Positions 15,201 to 28,200 of a stretch of DNA of 64,000 nucleotides are shown in pieces. The notes below the pieces were generated by a model. It was not told where the DNA came from. It searched no databases and was given only the letters and a program-made list of their open reading frames with translations. The DNA comes from Paragordius varius (lineage: Eukaryota > Animalia > Nematomorpha). The stretch is from positions 6,758,001-6,822,000 of the forward strand of contig OZ176051.1 in assembly GCA_964247055.1 (NCBI GenBank), written 5' to 3'. Position numbers and translations under genes: made by a program. Positions within the stretch are counted from its first letter, which is position 1; the number at the start of each line of letters is the position of its first letter.

Positions 15201-18200
15201 TCAAAAACCATGTTGTCAACAAATAAAAATTTTCGCGGCAAATGAATACGCTGGTCATAAGCTATCTCATGCAAAAAAATTTTTTGCACACAATGTATAT
15301 ATATATTTATATATATCAAAAATCAAGAGCTAACTACTTTGTTAAATAAAGTCATATCTTATTATTCGAGAAAATTAAAAAATATTTCGCGACATTTAAA
15401 TTACTATTACTAGACTTAAAAATGATCATAAAGGGCCTCTAAAATAAAAATTTTAAATTTCTGACGGGTTGACCCCAAGTATATTAAAAATATCTAATGA
15501 ATTAAATTTTGATGTATATTTCTCATTAATAACTCGGAAGTTTTATGGAAGATTATCACACCTCTACGAAATTCTGAGTTTAGTCAAAGCATATTTCAAA
15601 TAAAATGTATATTATAATATAAACCAAAGTTTTAAAGCCGTATTTTATATTTTTACCACTGATTCCATCATCGATATCTTCTGTAAATAAAAATTAATTA
15701 TGATTTTACCTTCAGGTCGGACTTGACTTTGTTCAGAGTTGGGATCTAAAATATTTTAATAAAGCCAAAATGATATTCTATATTCAATTTATTTATAAAT
15801 ATTTAAATATAAATATACCGGAAACGGGAGCTGTATATATATATATAATTAAAAAAAGTTCCAGGGAATAATTTTAATAATATTTTCTAAATTTATATAC
15901 GGTTAGTTTCAGATGAAGAAAATGAAGATAACGAACTATCTGTAAATAATAGATATTAATACATCACAATAAATACCGTCAGAATCTTCAACATTGGATA
16001 AAGGATCAGTTGATAATTGTTGATCTAATATAAATTTATTCCCAACTAATTGAACAACAATCGAGATAAATGACATAATCAAACAACACAATAATATTTA
16101 AATAAACACAAAACATAAGTAAAGAAGGATTTTAGTTAAGAAATTAATATTCATTAAACAAAATGACTAAAACTTTGAAATTTGGTAGACACTAATAAAA
16201 TATAAATAAAAACTCCTAAGGTTCTACTTTATAATTTTAAAAGTCTATGGAATCAGGATTAGAGATAAATTCAAGAGATTTATAAAATTTTCCATATGAG
16301 TATTTAAAATATACCAATATAACTAAAACACCAAGTTGTCTAAAAACGCTTAGTTTGACTATCTTATTAAATGGCATTCAAAACATGTGAATACATGTTC
16401 ACTACCTAAGAAAAGGAAAACGTTCAATCTAAGAACATTTCGAAATTTAGTTTTATTATAAATAGAGCCATCTATACATTAAAGCATTAATGTTTTAGTA
16501 TCTAGCTAATTTTATTTAAACTATTTTATTTTTCCCTCTTAAGTAGCCAAAGGTTTAATTTATAAAAGGTTTAAACACTTAAAATGATATTTTAATTAAT
16601 ATTTCTTTACATTTTACAACATATTTGTATTTTGGACGTTTAACTTATAAAGTAGAAGATTGAATCGCAAGCAAAATTTTATAATTTCCTATAAGCTATT
16701 TGTAAAGTTTTAGCATAATATAAGTTTTTGAATTTTTATTTCTTCTATATGGCGTATGGCCTCTGAATTTTAGGTCAAAGCCCATCATCGATTACATTTA
16801 AAATGTGAATCCCACCAAATATGACACATTTTATAATATAACTTATTTTCAATACGGGAGGAGCTGGTAAATATTATTAAATATCCGGAATATAAAAAAA
16901 TACTAAAAAATTAGATACCTTTTATGCAAACGATTTCGCCTCTATTCTCGTTTTTGTTACAAAATAATTAACGATGAGAAGATAAGTAAAAACTCTTTCT
17001 AACCATTACGCTTATTTATCATCATTCTCGATGACTGTCATTTTTAAAGCATAACTCCCTATCTTTCAACACACGTTAATAATGTGAGGAAATTTGCCAC
17101 TTTTGCGGCAAAATGAGAGAGAGTAATTTATAAATTAATTTAAGTATTTAAATTACTGTTCATTATTTCTTTCAATGGATTTTCAGTTAAGTATATAAGA
17201 AAAACTATTTCATTTATTTGGGGTGTCTAACACTCAAGGTGGATTGATTATTGAAACTCTATTTATTATAATTTTATCTGTTTGCATAATCCTAAATAAA
17301 AGGCTATTTGTTTCAAAGAAATTTATCAATGCTTAATAAAAAATAACCTGTATTCGCGGGTGTACTTGGTTGAGAGTGGGCAGCGCTTGCAGGTATTACT
17401 GGGGCAACATTTGTAGCCGAAGAAGCTAAAGATCCTAATTAATGAATATTCGGTTTTTATTTTTAAGATTTGCAATAAATCATGTGAATATAATATAATT
17501 AACCATGAATGTTTTATAATTAATCATTGCTTATATATGTAAACTTACCAAGAGTTGCTAAAATAAACAGTTAACCTTATAATACCTAGAGATCCAACTG
17601 TGGCTAAAGTTAAAGATAGAGAGAAATATATTTGCAACAGATTCCCAATTTAGATCAACTTAATTTTATAATATTTTAATATGCACTATACAAACAAAAA
17701 GGGCCTTAATATACCATTTTTGAGTCAAAAGCAACATTTTTTCATGTAAACGCAACATTTTTAAACCAAACGCAACATTTATATCAACATTTTTTTAATT
17801 GTCTGAATTGCCTTTGGTTAAATTTGTCCTTTTGACTAATAATTATAAACGCGTAAATATAGAAACGCCCTTTTAAACCCCTGGCCGGTAAATTAACTGG
17901 TGTGAATTTTTTTTGTCATATGCAGTATGATAATTTACGATTTTTTTAAAAAAAATAATAAATAAAGCAAATAGTTTATCTAAAGATACTATTTTTGTTC
18001 AACTAAAATCTTTTTAAAAATTTACCAAATATTTAAGCTTTTATTTTAGCGTTAAAATGCTAATTGTATTTGAAAAAAATAAGAGATTTAATATTTTGTA
18101 TTATTCTTTGATCTGCATTTAAAAATAGGATATAGCTACATCTTAAGTCTCATTTTTAATATTCGAAATATTCCTTAAATTAACTATTATGGCCGAGCGG

Positions 18201-20224
18201 GTATTTTGTTATCGTAAAAAATATAACATTTCTGAAGCTACCTGCTAATCCAATGGCTAAATTAAATTATTTGAATGTAAAATTAAGCAAATCATTTTAA
18301 AATTCTGTTTTTATAGCATTATGCAAGTGAAGTCAGATATTAAATTTATATTTCATTTTTTGCTAGATTCTACTAAAATAATGAAACACTTAAAAAATAG
18401 CTTAGGATTTGAGAATTAGTAAGGATCCCACTACTGACTTTAAACTCCTTACTATAAAAATAGAATTGTTGCGGTTTAAGTTTTTCTATCTTATAATTCA
18501 ATAAAATTAAAGGTAAAATTTAACCCATCGATTTTTAATGCACATATTAATTTTTTATAATTTATCATGTAACTTGGTTTGGATCTGATATATTGTTAAC
18601 GTATAACATTTTTTTTATAATTTGCTATTTATTTGATAACTAAATATATAATATTAATTTTAATATTTGAATAAAGTGTTTTGAAACTTGGATGAAATTA
18701 AGATATTTAAGAAATCTATAAATAAATAAATAGAATATGTTCTTTTATATCCAATCAGATAAAAAATATTTAGATATGGCGGTTACAGACTAAAATTTGC
18801 AATTATGACCAAAGAATACACAAGATCAGAACAGAATATTTTTCAAATATCTGAAAAATTTCTATTTTAATTAAGTTAAAATGTTTATAAATATCTTGGT
18901 TATTTATTTAGATTTTTAGATCATATTCATTGATCTATTATAATACTCTCCGATATGTTTCACATGTTGATAGGGTTTGATATGCTGACATATATAAATA
19001 GGCGTTTTGATCATATGAATAATCAATTATTACTTTTTGCAAAGGCTTTATAATTTATGAAACTGTGCTTGGTGATGTTCCCAGTCCTGTTAGATGATAG
19101 ATCCGAGCCAGATAAAAGCTCCACTTCAGGAATCTTAATTTTTATATAATAAAAAAACAAAAAAGTTTTTAAGTCAAATCTATAAAATTTTAGATGGTCG
19201 CCCAAATGTGGATTGAAGTTTTAAAAAAGTAGGTAAATTAAAACAATTGTTCACCAATTTTTTTTCACATATATATTTATTATTACTATGCTTTATATTG
19301 TGAGCCTGATGTTTGGACACTCACTATTACTACACATTACGATTCAATCCAAAGCTGTGAAAATGCAATATAGTACAAAATCCTACGGTTATTGATTCAT
19401 TTTATTTAAGTATTTGTCAGAGCCATGGAAGATTTTATGGCAAATTTTGGCTTATTTAATAGAGAGATCTTATGATAAAATCATAAAATTAATAAATAAT
19501 TAAACTTATTTTACCAAAAACATTTAATCATATATAAAAAAATGTTGCTATAGCTGGTATTTTGAAAGTAACTAGCGATAATTTATGTTAAATTACCGTG
19601 TTACAAATTTTTGTAATAATCATACCCCGGATATATCTAAAAGTATTAAGTTTTTGCTAAAATTATACTTTTAATACGAAAGAAGATCAGTAAGGGTGAA
19701 TTTTCTAACATATTAGTTATTTAAATACCCATTTGTAAGCTGTAGTTACGAACTTAATTATAAAGTTGTTTCACTTACTTATTTCCCTGGCTAATTTTTA
19801 AAATAATAAAATTTTAAATTTTTGTGACTTTCTGACACTGGTATTTGAATTGGCAAATTACAACAGCAAATGATAAAATTATGAAATTTATTTTAAAAAA
19901 TAGATATAATTTCATTGTTTATTATTACAAGTTTTTTAAAATTTAAGCCAACTTAATGATAATTATTATTGGCAATTACATATTTTATTAACACTATTTT
20001 TATATTCATAGAAATATTTACCATCAAAATGATATTCCGTAATGTTGGCGATACCTATATACAAATGTGAATAATAGATATGTTATAAAACTTTATGCTA
20101 AAAATAAAATTTTAACATTTATAATTAATCCAATATCCATAAATATAAAAAAAACTAATGTACACAAGGTAGAGAAAATATATTTTGATAAATTTGCAAT
20201 TAGATTTGTTATTAGCTGTGTCAT
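9201..20224 (-). CDS. Micro-exon gene 2 (orphan, paralogue of gene 1); at least 27 exons, 3' end not resolved
   Basis: Hand-built open chain, all AG/GT bounded: 20224-20164 (ATG, MTQLITNLIANLSKYIFSTL), 20054-20022, 19790-19779, 19752-19729, 19704-19678, 19636-19626, 19133-19034, 18485-18390, 18256-18242, 17603-17586, 17557-17549, 17434-17348, 16024-15977, 15939-15901, 15830-15819, 15745-15710, 15680-15657, 13425-13402, 13378-13355, 10181-10137, 9765-9739, 9702-9691, 9648-9619, 9595-9584, 9548-9516, 9484-9464, 9221-9201. Nearly all are symmetric phase 1; several exon lengths and peptides match gene 1. Individual exons are uncertain. Confidence 0.65.
12833..13102. mobile_element. Tc1/mariner-like MITE
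   Basis: Imperfect TIRs cagtaaaaactgaattcatacg and cgtataatttcaatttttactg, flanked by TA on both sides; related sequence near 11450-11680 and 21595-21848. Confidence 0.7.
14111..15295. mobile_element. About 1.2-kb imperfect palindrome (foldback-type element) in (TA)n, inside an intron of micro-exon gene 2
   Basis: The arms are diverged reverse complements along their whole length, centred near 14725 (e.g. ggaatatcaaccaacaatcc / ggattgttggttgatattcc; tgtgtgcaaaaa / tttttgcacaca at the ends); TA runs flank both sides. Confidence 0.8.
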
Positions 20225-21594
20225 ATCACGCTCCAATCTAACAAACGCAAAGGCTTTGTAAAACGTACTATTTTTATGAAATCAAAAAACAGAAATATAT
20301 GATATTATCTGATTTCGATAGCAGAGATATCATTTACTCTTTTAGTTTTCTTCTTACTAGCTTAGAGTTAATACATAGGAAAAACAGTTTTTACCACCAT
20401 AGCTTAGGTCGCGTTTTATGGGTGTCATACACTTTTCACTCATATATACTGAGGAGAGTTAGACACTGTAAAATACCAAATGATTTATGGTTATAAAAGT
20501 TTGGAAGGCGAAAACACGAGCCGGAATGTCAACGAATTTCGATTAAAGATATATGCCTCTAATTCTTAAATCAAGCTTGTATAAAACGATAAAAAACAAA
20601 TATTTTAGGGCTAAAACATATTAAAGATTAGGTGTTGGGTAATCGCTTATCTATTTGCAACCTATAGGCACCCTTCTAGGGATTGAGCTAATCCGAGAAT
20701 TATTTTAAAAGGTATCTCATGAATCGGACATACTTTATTGAATAAATTAATACATATGGGCTATTACTATTCTGAAATTCAGACAAGATTTGACATTTTT
20801 TAAGATAGTTTAGCGGAATACGTCCAAAAATAAGTTATTATTTTGGCATAATAATCTATATCATATCAAATTTAATTATACAGCTGTTTTTTTTGATTAA
20901 AGGTTATGACTTTTATTGAATAAATATATTAGAACACAATGAATTTTGACATTTTTTAGTTAAAAATATACAGTAAAAAGTCTATTCATTTGTTGACTTA
21001 AATGGTTATGTAGATCCAGGTTTAAAAGTTATGCTAATAATATGTTTTTTAAGGTTTGACCTCTACACTCATACGGATACAAATTTCCTAGCGTAGCTTG
21101 GAAAAAGTCTTACGATATTGATAAATTTATAAATTATCTTAAAAGGAATATAATACCTAATTTAACTTATATTGTTCTAATGTTAATGTTTAATTAATAT
21201 ATATATATATTAAAATGGATTACTGAGATCTGAAATCCATAAAAATATTACGAATCGATAGTTGAAATACATGCTGGATATTAAAAAGAAAACGATGAAC
21301 TTTCAAATATGAACATAGCCAAGGTAATAAAAATTAGGCGTATAAACACATTGTATGAACCTATATGAATAAAAAACAAAGTCAAAAATCCTTTCATCAG
21401 CATTCTGATTTTGTGTTTATTATAAATAAATTATTTGGCTTAGATATAAATCATATTTATATGTAACATTGTTAACGGTATTGCAATGTTTTAAAAATAG
21501 GTGGTTAACCCAAGTTTAGCTTAAATATTAGAAGCGTTTAATTAAACATATTATGCATTTAATTGAAACCTATATATAATTTTATGTATATAAC

Positions 21595-21848
21595 TGAAAT
21601 TATACGGACAAAACGTAAAAATATTAAGGCAAATATTTTTTTCAAAAGACAACCATACTTTTTAAAACCTTAATTTTTGCTAAAAATATTTAATTACAAT
21701 CGCAAACTACATAATTGATTGTGCTACCAATTTATGTTTCCATTTTATATTTTTCAGTTTAACAATCAGTTATATTTAAAAATAATATTTAAATAGTATA
21801 GTTGTTTAGAAAAAAATATGTCTTTATATTTCGTTTTGTCCGTATAAT
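21595..21848. mobile_element. Second copy of the Tc1/mariner-like MITE family
   Basis: Inverted attatacggacaaaacg and cgttttgtccgtataat; internal similarity to 12833-13102. Confidence 0.6.
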
Positions 21849-23721
21849 CTCAATTACTCTAGTTAATGAAAACTTGATAACATTTTTTAACCAATGACTT
21901 CCGAACAAAAGCAAAAATAACGCATTCTTTTTTAATAACGCAACATTTTTTATTTAAAGGGACAATTAATATTTTATAATGATTTTTTATGCATTTAACG
22001 TTTTTCAAAAAATTGGTTTTTTAATCAATCTAATTTGGAGTGTTAATATTTATTTAAATTCAGAGAAATAAGAATTTAGCAACAAAATGTTGCATTGTAA
22101 AAAGCTTCACTTGATAATATTATTTTATGTCATCTCACAATCAAGTTTAGCCTCAGACATGTTAATTTCTTTACCTGTAAGGTTGAACAACTAAACTCGA
22201 AAAATTTACATCGAAAAATTAACATCGAAAAATTATTGTATCACGCGATCCAAAAATACACTCTTTTTGCATTTATTGTTGGTAAATGGATATATGTAAG
22301 GTATACTTTTTCTCATGCTATGAAATATATGATTAAGAATGAGAATTTAAATATTTTTATGATCGATATAATTTTAACACTACCTTTGGGAATATCTTAG
22401 TATTTAAGGCTAATCTCTGACTTTTTCGTCGCCATTTTATTAATTTAAATAAATCACTAATGCTTGATAAATATTGATTATAAAATCCGCTGTTTATTTT
22501 AACCGCTGTTCCAATTTCAGACAGTAGAAGTTAAAAACTGTAGTAAGGCTTTTATAACCAAGGAGAACAGTGTTTAGTTAAATTTTAACAAAAATAACTT
22601 TCAAATAACTTATTTAAAAGATTGAGCTCTGATGTATATAACCACCCCAATATGTCATCACGGAAAAATATATGAAAAGGTCATAAAATGTTAAATTGTG
22701 ACTTCAATGTTTAATTAGATTATAAAACTTATTAAAAATATATCGGATAAATTGGATTTAACACTTAGACTCCATGAAATATTGTAAAGTATCGAACGAT
22801 TGGTATGAATAATATATTATGTTTAAAATATTAAAATGATATATGATAGTTCATTTCTCTAATTTTTTGCGAAAAACTATTATTTCGCCTTTCTCTTAAA
22901 TGACGTTTGCCCGTTTCGAGTTCGGATCCTTGACCCCTTTCCATTTAAACCCCAAATCCATTAATGAACTTGAAATCACTTAAATTTTGATTTGAACATT
23001 TGTTTCTTCAATTATATAGTAAATATTGATTGTATTTTTAGAAAAATTTCCCAAAAAGGAATATTTCAACCAAAATTCAATATGTTACAATAATAGCATC
23101 AAATTTTAGCTAGTTTTTGCATAGTTTCCTTTATGCTTTTAAATAACCATAAAAGATGAATCAAATTTTGCTAAAAATTAAATTTTATGCATGCATTTAA
23201 TATTTATGCTGATATCATAATCTAGCATCCATTACAAATTGCCACGCAATCTCGGCATTTTAGAATTTGTTTTAAAAAACCAAACTTTTCCGTGGAATCG
23301 AAAATAAAATTATTTTGGTTAATGATATTTTTATAACTTCTAGGTTTTACTAAAAAAATTTATTTAGTATTGTGCGCTAATTTTGCTTTAATATGGATCA
23401 GAGTGAAATTTTTTATGATATATAGCCCAAAACTAAAATCACGTAGGAAGGCTGATATCTATTTCTATCAGATATTAATATCATCGGGATATATTGTTAA
23501 TGGTTTATGTTAAAAGTATGACTTAATAATAGTTATTTTTGTTTATTAAAAAATTATCACCAATGGAGGATTTGATCCATATAACAAGTTATCCAATATT
23601 TATTTAATAATAAAAGACTTCGAATGATCCACATATTAAATCCATTTATAAATGCTAATAAATCTTCCGATCATTGTTCAACTAAATAAAATATAATAAA
23701 AATAATAAATATAATAAAAAT

Positions 23722-23760
<39 letters not shown>

Positions 23761-25212
23761 CATATTTATAAAATATGTTCGTAGCTTATTCGCAAATTTA
23801 TTTTAAAATATCGATAGCGTTTAGGGTTCAAGTAACTAATATCGCTTACTTGTGTATCTGCAATAACCTTTTTCTACCGAAACCTTATTAACTGACAGTT
23901 AACATGAAGGAATGATAACTTATGATTTAGTATAAATCAAATGTTCTCCAATTCAAAGGCATCCTTAAACTTAAAGGTTTTTTTGTAGCTCTAAGTTTAT
24001 ATAATTGTATTCTTAAATTTATAAAATAATTGTTTTTTCTTATAAGGTAGATAAAACAAGCGTCATGAATATTTGCTAAGCAGTACCTTCTCCTACCAAA
24101 CAAATTTATATATTTACATTTTTAAATAAATACTGCATTTAAAATCTAAAGTTGGAAAATAATATGGGCTGCTTTAACACAATATACCATAACATTCACA
24201 AAAACTATAAATAAATTTTCGTACAAGCAATGAATTAATTGGGTTAAAACAGTAGCCCACTATCGAATTCGTACATTACCCTTTTTATTACTTCCAGAGA
24301 AACAAACGGTGTGTCTGGATAAACTAATTAATTCATTTATAGCCGTCAATGTGGTAAATAAAAAATAGGCTTTAACCCAGATACCTATGTTTTATAGAAA
24401 TATGTAAAAAGAACTTCATAATGACTGAATACGTATTATAAATTATATTTTGTCATATTTGTAAGGTGTTAACAATAACTTATTTATGAAATGAGGTAGA
24501 CAAATTATAAAAAAATTTTCAGTTTTTAAGGAATTACTTAATTCACCAATTATTTATTATATCGATGGACCTAATATCCGTCAAAATATTTATATTGGCT
24601 ATGGCAATCATTATATTATTGTAAAATGTTTTACGATAATTGGGATACATTACACTAGTCGACAAATTTGGACATTTTGGAGCACCACCACTCAAACTTG
24701 TAAATTATGACTAATTTCAGTGTTTTAAAACCGAATGTGAAAAAAATTTTGATCCCGCCAATCAGAATTTTGAAATATTATAGGTTTTTCAATTTTTCAA
24801 AAACAAGAGAAAATCGAGAGAAAATTAAATATAACTTTATAATAAAATGTTATTATATTATAAGCTTAATATCATTTAATAAAGCGTTTTAAACTCTATC
24901 TTTTGTATATAAATATGTCATTTAAATATCAGATAGAAAAAAATAGTACGGACTTAAACGTCAAAATTTAGTCTTTTTCTTTCAGGGGAATTTTTAATAC
25001 GTATAAGAAATTTTTAAAAAAATACTAAAAAAGGCATTCTATGGTTTAAACTTTCGGCTTTCAGATAGGCTATATTTTTTTTGTTAGTTTTCGTTCTTTC
25101 GAGTAATTATTAGGCTTTTTTTCTTGAGTTGGTTCTTACAAAAAATCCTTTATTAATACCTAGTGGATATACTTTATTTTTTAAAATTATTGGTTGATTT
25201 GGATTTTTAATT

Positions 25213-28200
25213 TCAGATGGATGTTGTGTAGCCACTTTTAGTAGAATTTACTATTATGGGATTGGACCATTTGTATTTACCTAATCTTTTTATTCAATTT
25301 AATTGTAGAATTTATCTAACTTTATTCTGTGAATTGGTTAATTTGACATGTCAATTTGCCTGGATTTTGCTAGCAAGTCTCTCTTATTGGGCTTTACGAT
25401 TACTTATTGTTATCTTCGCCATATCTGGCATAATTGGATCGCTTGGGGTATATGCAGAGCTTGTGCAGCCGCCCGGATCTATCACACTATACATAAGCCC
25501 CTTTTAGATTTTTAATACTTTGGCTCTTAGCTTGTTTAGTATCTTATTTAATGCCTAGAATTTTGTTATTCATGCATGGAATATTACTTGTATCGACTTG
25601 TTCGTTTGAATATTTAAACATATGTACACGAGGAATGATTGTTATTTTTAAATTAAACACAAATTTAAAAATTAAATTTCGGAAAAATCTTATTGGTGGC
25701 CTCAATTTTCTTTTTTGTTTTGGCCTTTCCATGCCATTAGGTATCAGAAAATGCAAAAATAATGGGGTGGTGCAAAACCTTGTTGATTAGTGTTATTTAT
25801 TCAAGTATGCTTACGTATTTCCTCTTCTATAATCATATAATAATGGTTTAAAATTCAAAACATTCTGTTTTTGTAATTCGATTAGTAATACAGTGTTAAA
25901 ATCACTGCGATCCCCTGCAGGCAGCCGGTTCTGCCTTAGGCACCCTTATTTAACGATGAAAGAGTAAAAAACTTTTTTTGCCCGTTTGCAGCATATAATT
26001 ATATGATTACACATAAAATCAATGCACAACACATAATATTAAACAAATCTGGTTATATTATAATGTTGGTTTTAAATCCCTAAATTAGAATAATGATATA
26101 AATCAATACTTACGAATCATTTCTAAATCTAAAATAAAATAATACAAATTGTTGGGTGTAGATATTTTTAATTGGGTAAGTTGTTTAGGGAAATGTTTTT
26201 AAAATGAGCGAAAATGTGATATTATAGAGCATAACGAAATTAATTTACAAGCGGTAAATTTTTAATGATGCTTATAATTTTGAAGTGTCAATATACTGGA
26301 TTATATATTATATATTTAATCAGTTAATTCCTTATTATATGTTAGCGTAATTAAATAATGACAAATTATTCACTTTTATTGATTGTATTATTATATAAAA
26401 AAATTTATTTCGATGTTTTTGTTTGTGTTTAATTATTTATAAATTATTATAACTATTTAATAACGATTTTATAACCATGAATGTGGTGACAGTTTAATAA
26501 AAGGGTATTATAATTTATATCTAAAAAATTTTTTGATATATTTTTATTGAAAAATGACATAGTCACGCCTTCCTTTTTTACAAATGTTTTTATACATAAC
26601 AGATGCATTTGGTTTAATAATGGAATAACAGTCAACTGTGTTTATAACCGCTGACCATTTATAAACTGCCAATTAAATATATACACTTATTAACATCTAT
26701 TGTCCGTAAAATTTGATTTTGTGTTAAAAGTAACTTCTTAATTAAAGGATTAATCGAACATATGATTATCTTAATTCTAAATTTAACAATTTCAACCCCA
26801 GAGTTAGAGATCTATGTTATTTATCAATATAATAAATAATTACAATCAGTGCGATCCAAATCTAGATATATATAGTTTATTAAAATAGGTAGCAAAACGA
26901 AGCCACTTTGGAGCTTTGGCGTTCTAATTTTTTTAGTAAGAGTTGTTGATAGGATGAGCCTACGTTATATGTGAGCTCTTAATTATCATTAGTGAGTTTT
27001 TTATTTGGGATGATTAAAGATCTATGAAAATGAGCCTTAGCCATATTTATCCGTGTGAGCTGGGTCAATTAAATTGATTCAAGTGATTTAAATGGCTTTT
27101 GGGACCCATATCTCAAAGTTGCCCCGAAAAATATTAATATTTTAAACCATATAATTAAAAATTAAAAGCAATATGGCTTATAAATCATATTTTAAATCAT
27201 GGCTCTCAGTTCCTCAAGAGGTCTTCCAAAATTACAGTTATTTTTACAATATTGAGGGGTTGATTATTTTATTTGGAAGATATATGCATAAGTTAAAAAT
27301 TAGATTATTAATCCTATGCAAGTTTAATTTTTTTTTTCCCTATTAGCAAACTAATCTCATAACTGAATGTATTAGCCCAAATATCAATATTGCTAGTATA
27401 TTTCGCTTATGATGTTTTCCATTTTATTATCTTAAACAACCATAAAACACTCCTAAATTATTTTTTCCAAAATTTGTGTTAATAAAATCATAATATACGT
27501 AAAATTTTTATTACCTTCGATTGTTATCATATCTTCTATAATTTAAATGACAAGTTAAAAAAATATAATCCAAGTAGCTTTTGGTAAATAACCATACAAG
27601 CAAAAGAGTTTATCTTTGTGCCATATCTTATTTACAATACACGTTTTATAAATTAGTAAAAAACAACATGTACGGCTTCAGGACCTTACTAAAGATCCGG
27701 TTAACCTTTTATTAGATTCAAAAATATTAACGGATTAATCCTATGCATAATTTAGGTCTGGTATTATTGAATAAAATAGAACCACCGACTATTGGTTTAA
27801 TTATCTATATTTATATCTATATTTAGAAGGTATTAGGATTTTTTGAAGAGATATTTAATCTTAATGTGCATATACCTATTTCTCAGTTCTCTTGACCCAG
27901 TAAATTAAAACAATTGTAGTAAAAACAATTAATGAAATAACATCTTTAAATATTGGGGTTTTCAAAATACACAATATCATTTTAATTATACGATATCTAT
28001 CTCAATCTTTAACTTGTAATAAAGATTTACCGTATATTCTTTCTTCCAACGCTAAACGGATAAAATGTTAATTAGGTGTAAATAAACCATTATTATACTT
28101 GCGGCAGTGTTTGATAATTCTTCATTTGAATCATATGCAGTAAAAAATAAAATTATTGAGACCAAACACGTAAAAAAGAATAAGATTAGTATTTATGTCG

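Noticed and set aside
25256-25790. Hydrophobic plus-strand ORFs resembling a multi-pass membrane protein
   Set aside because: No phase-consistent plus-strand exon chain found; better explained as the T-rich antisense shadow of minus-strand exons or as chance. Not fully excluded
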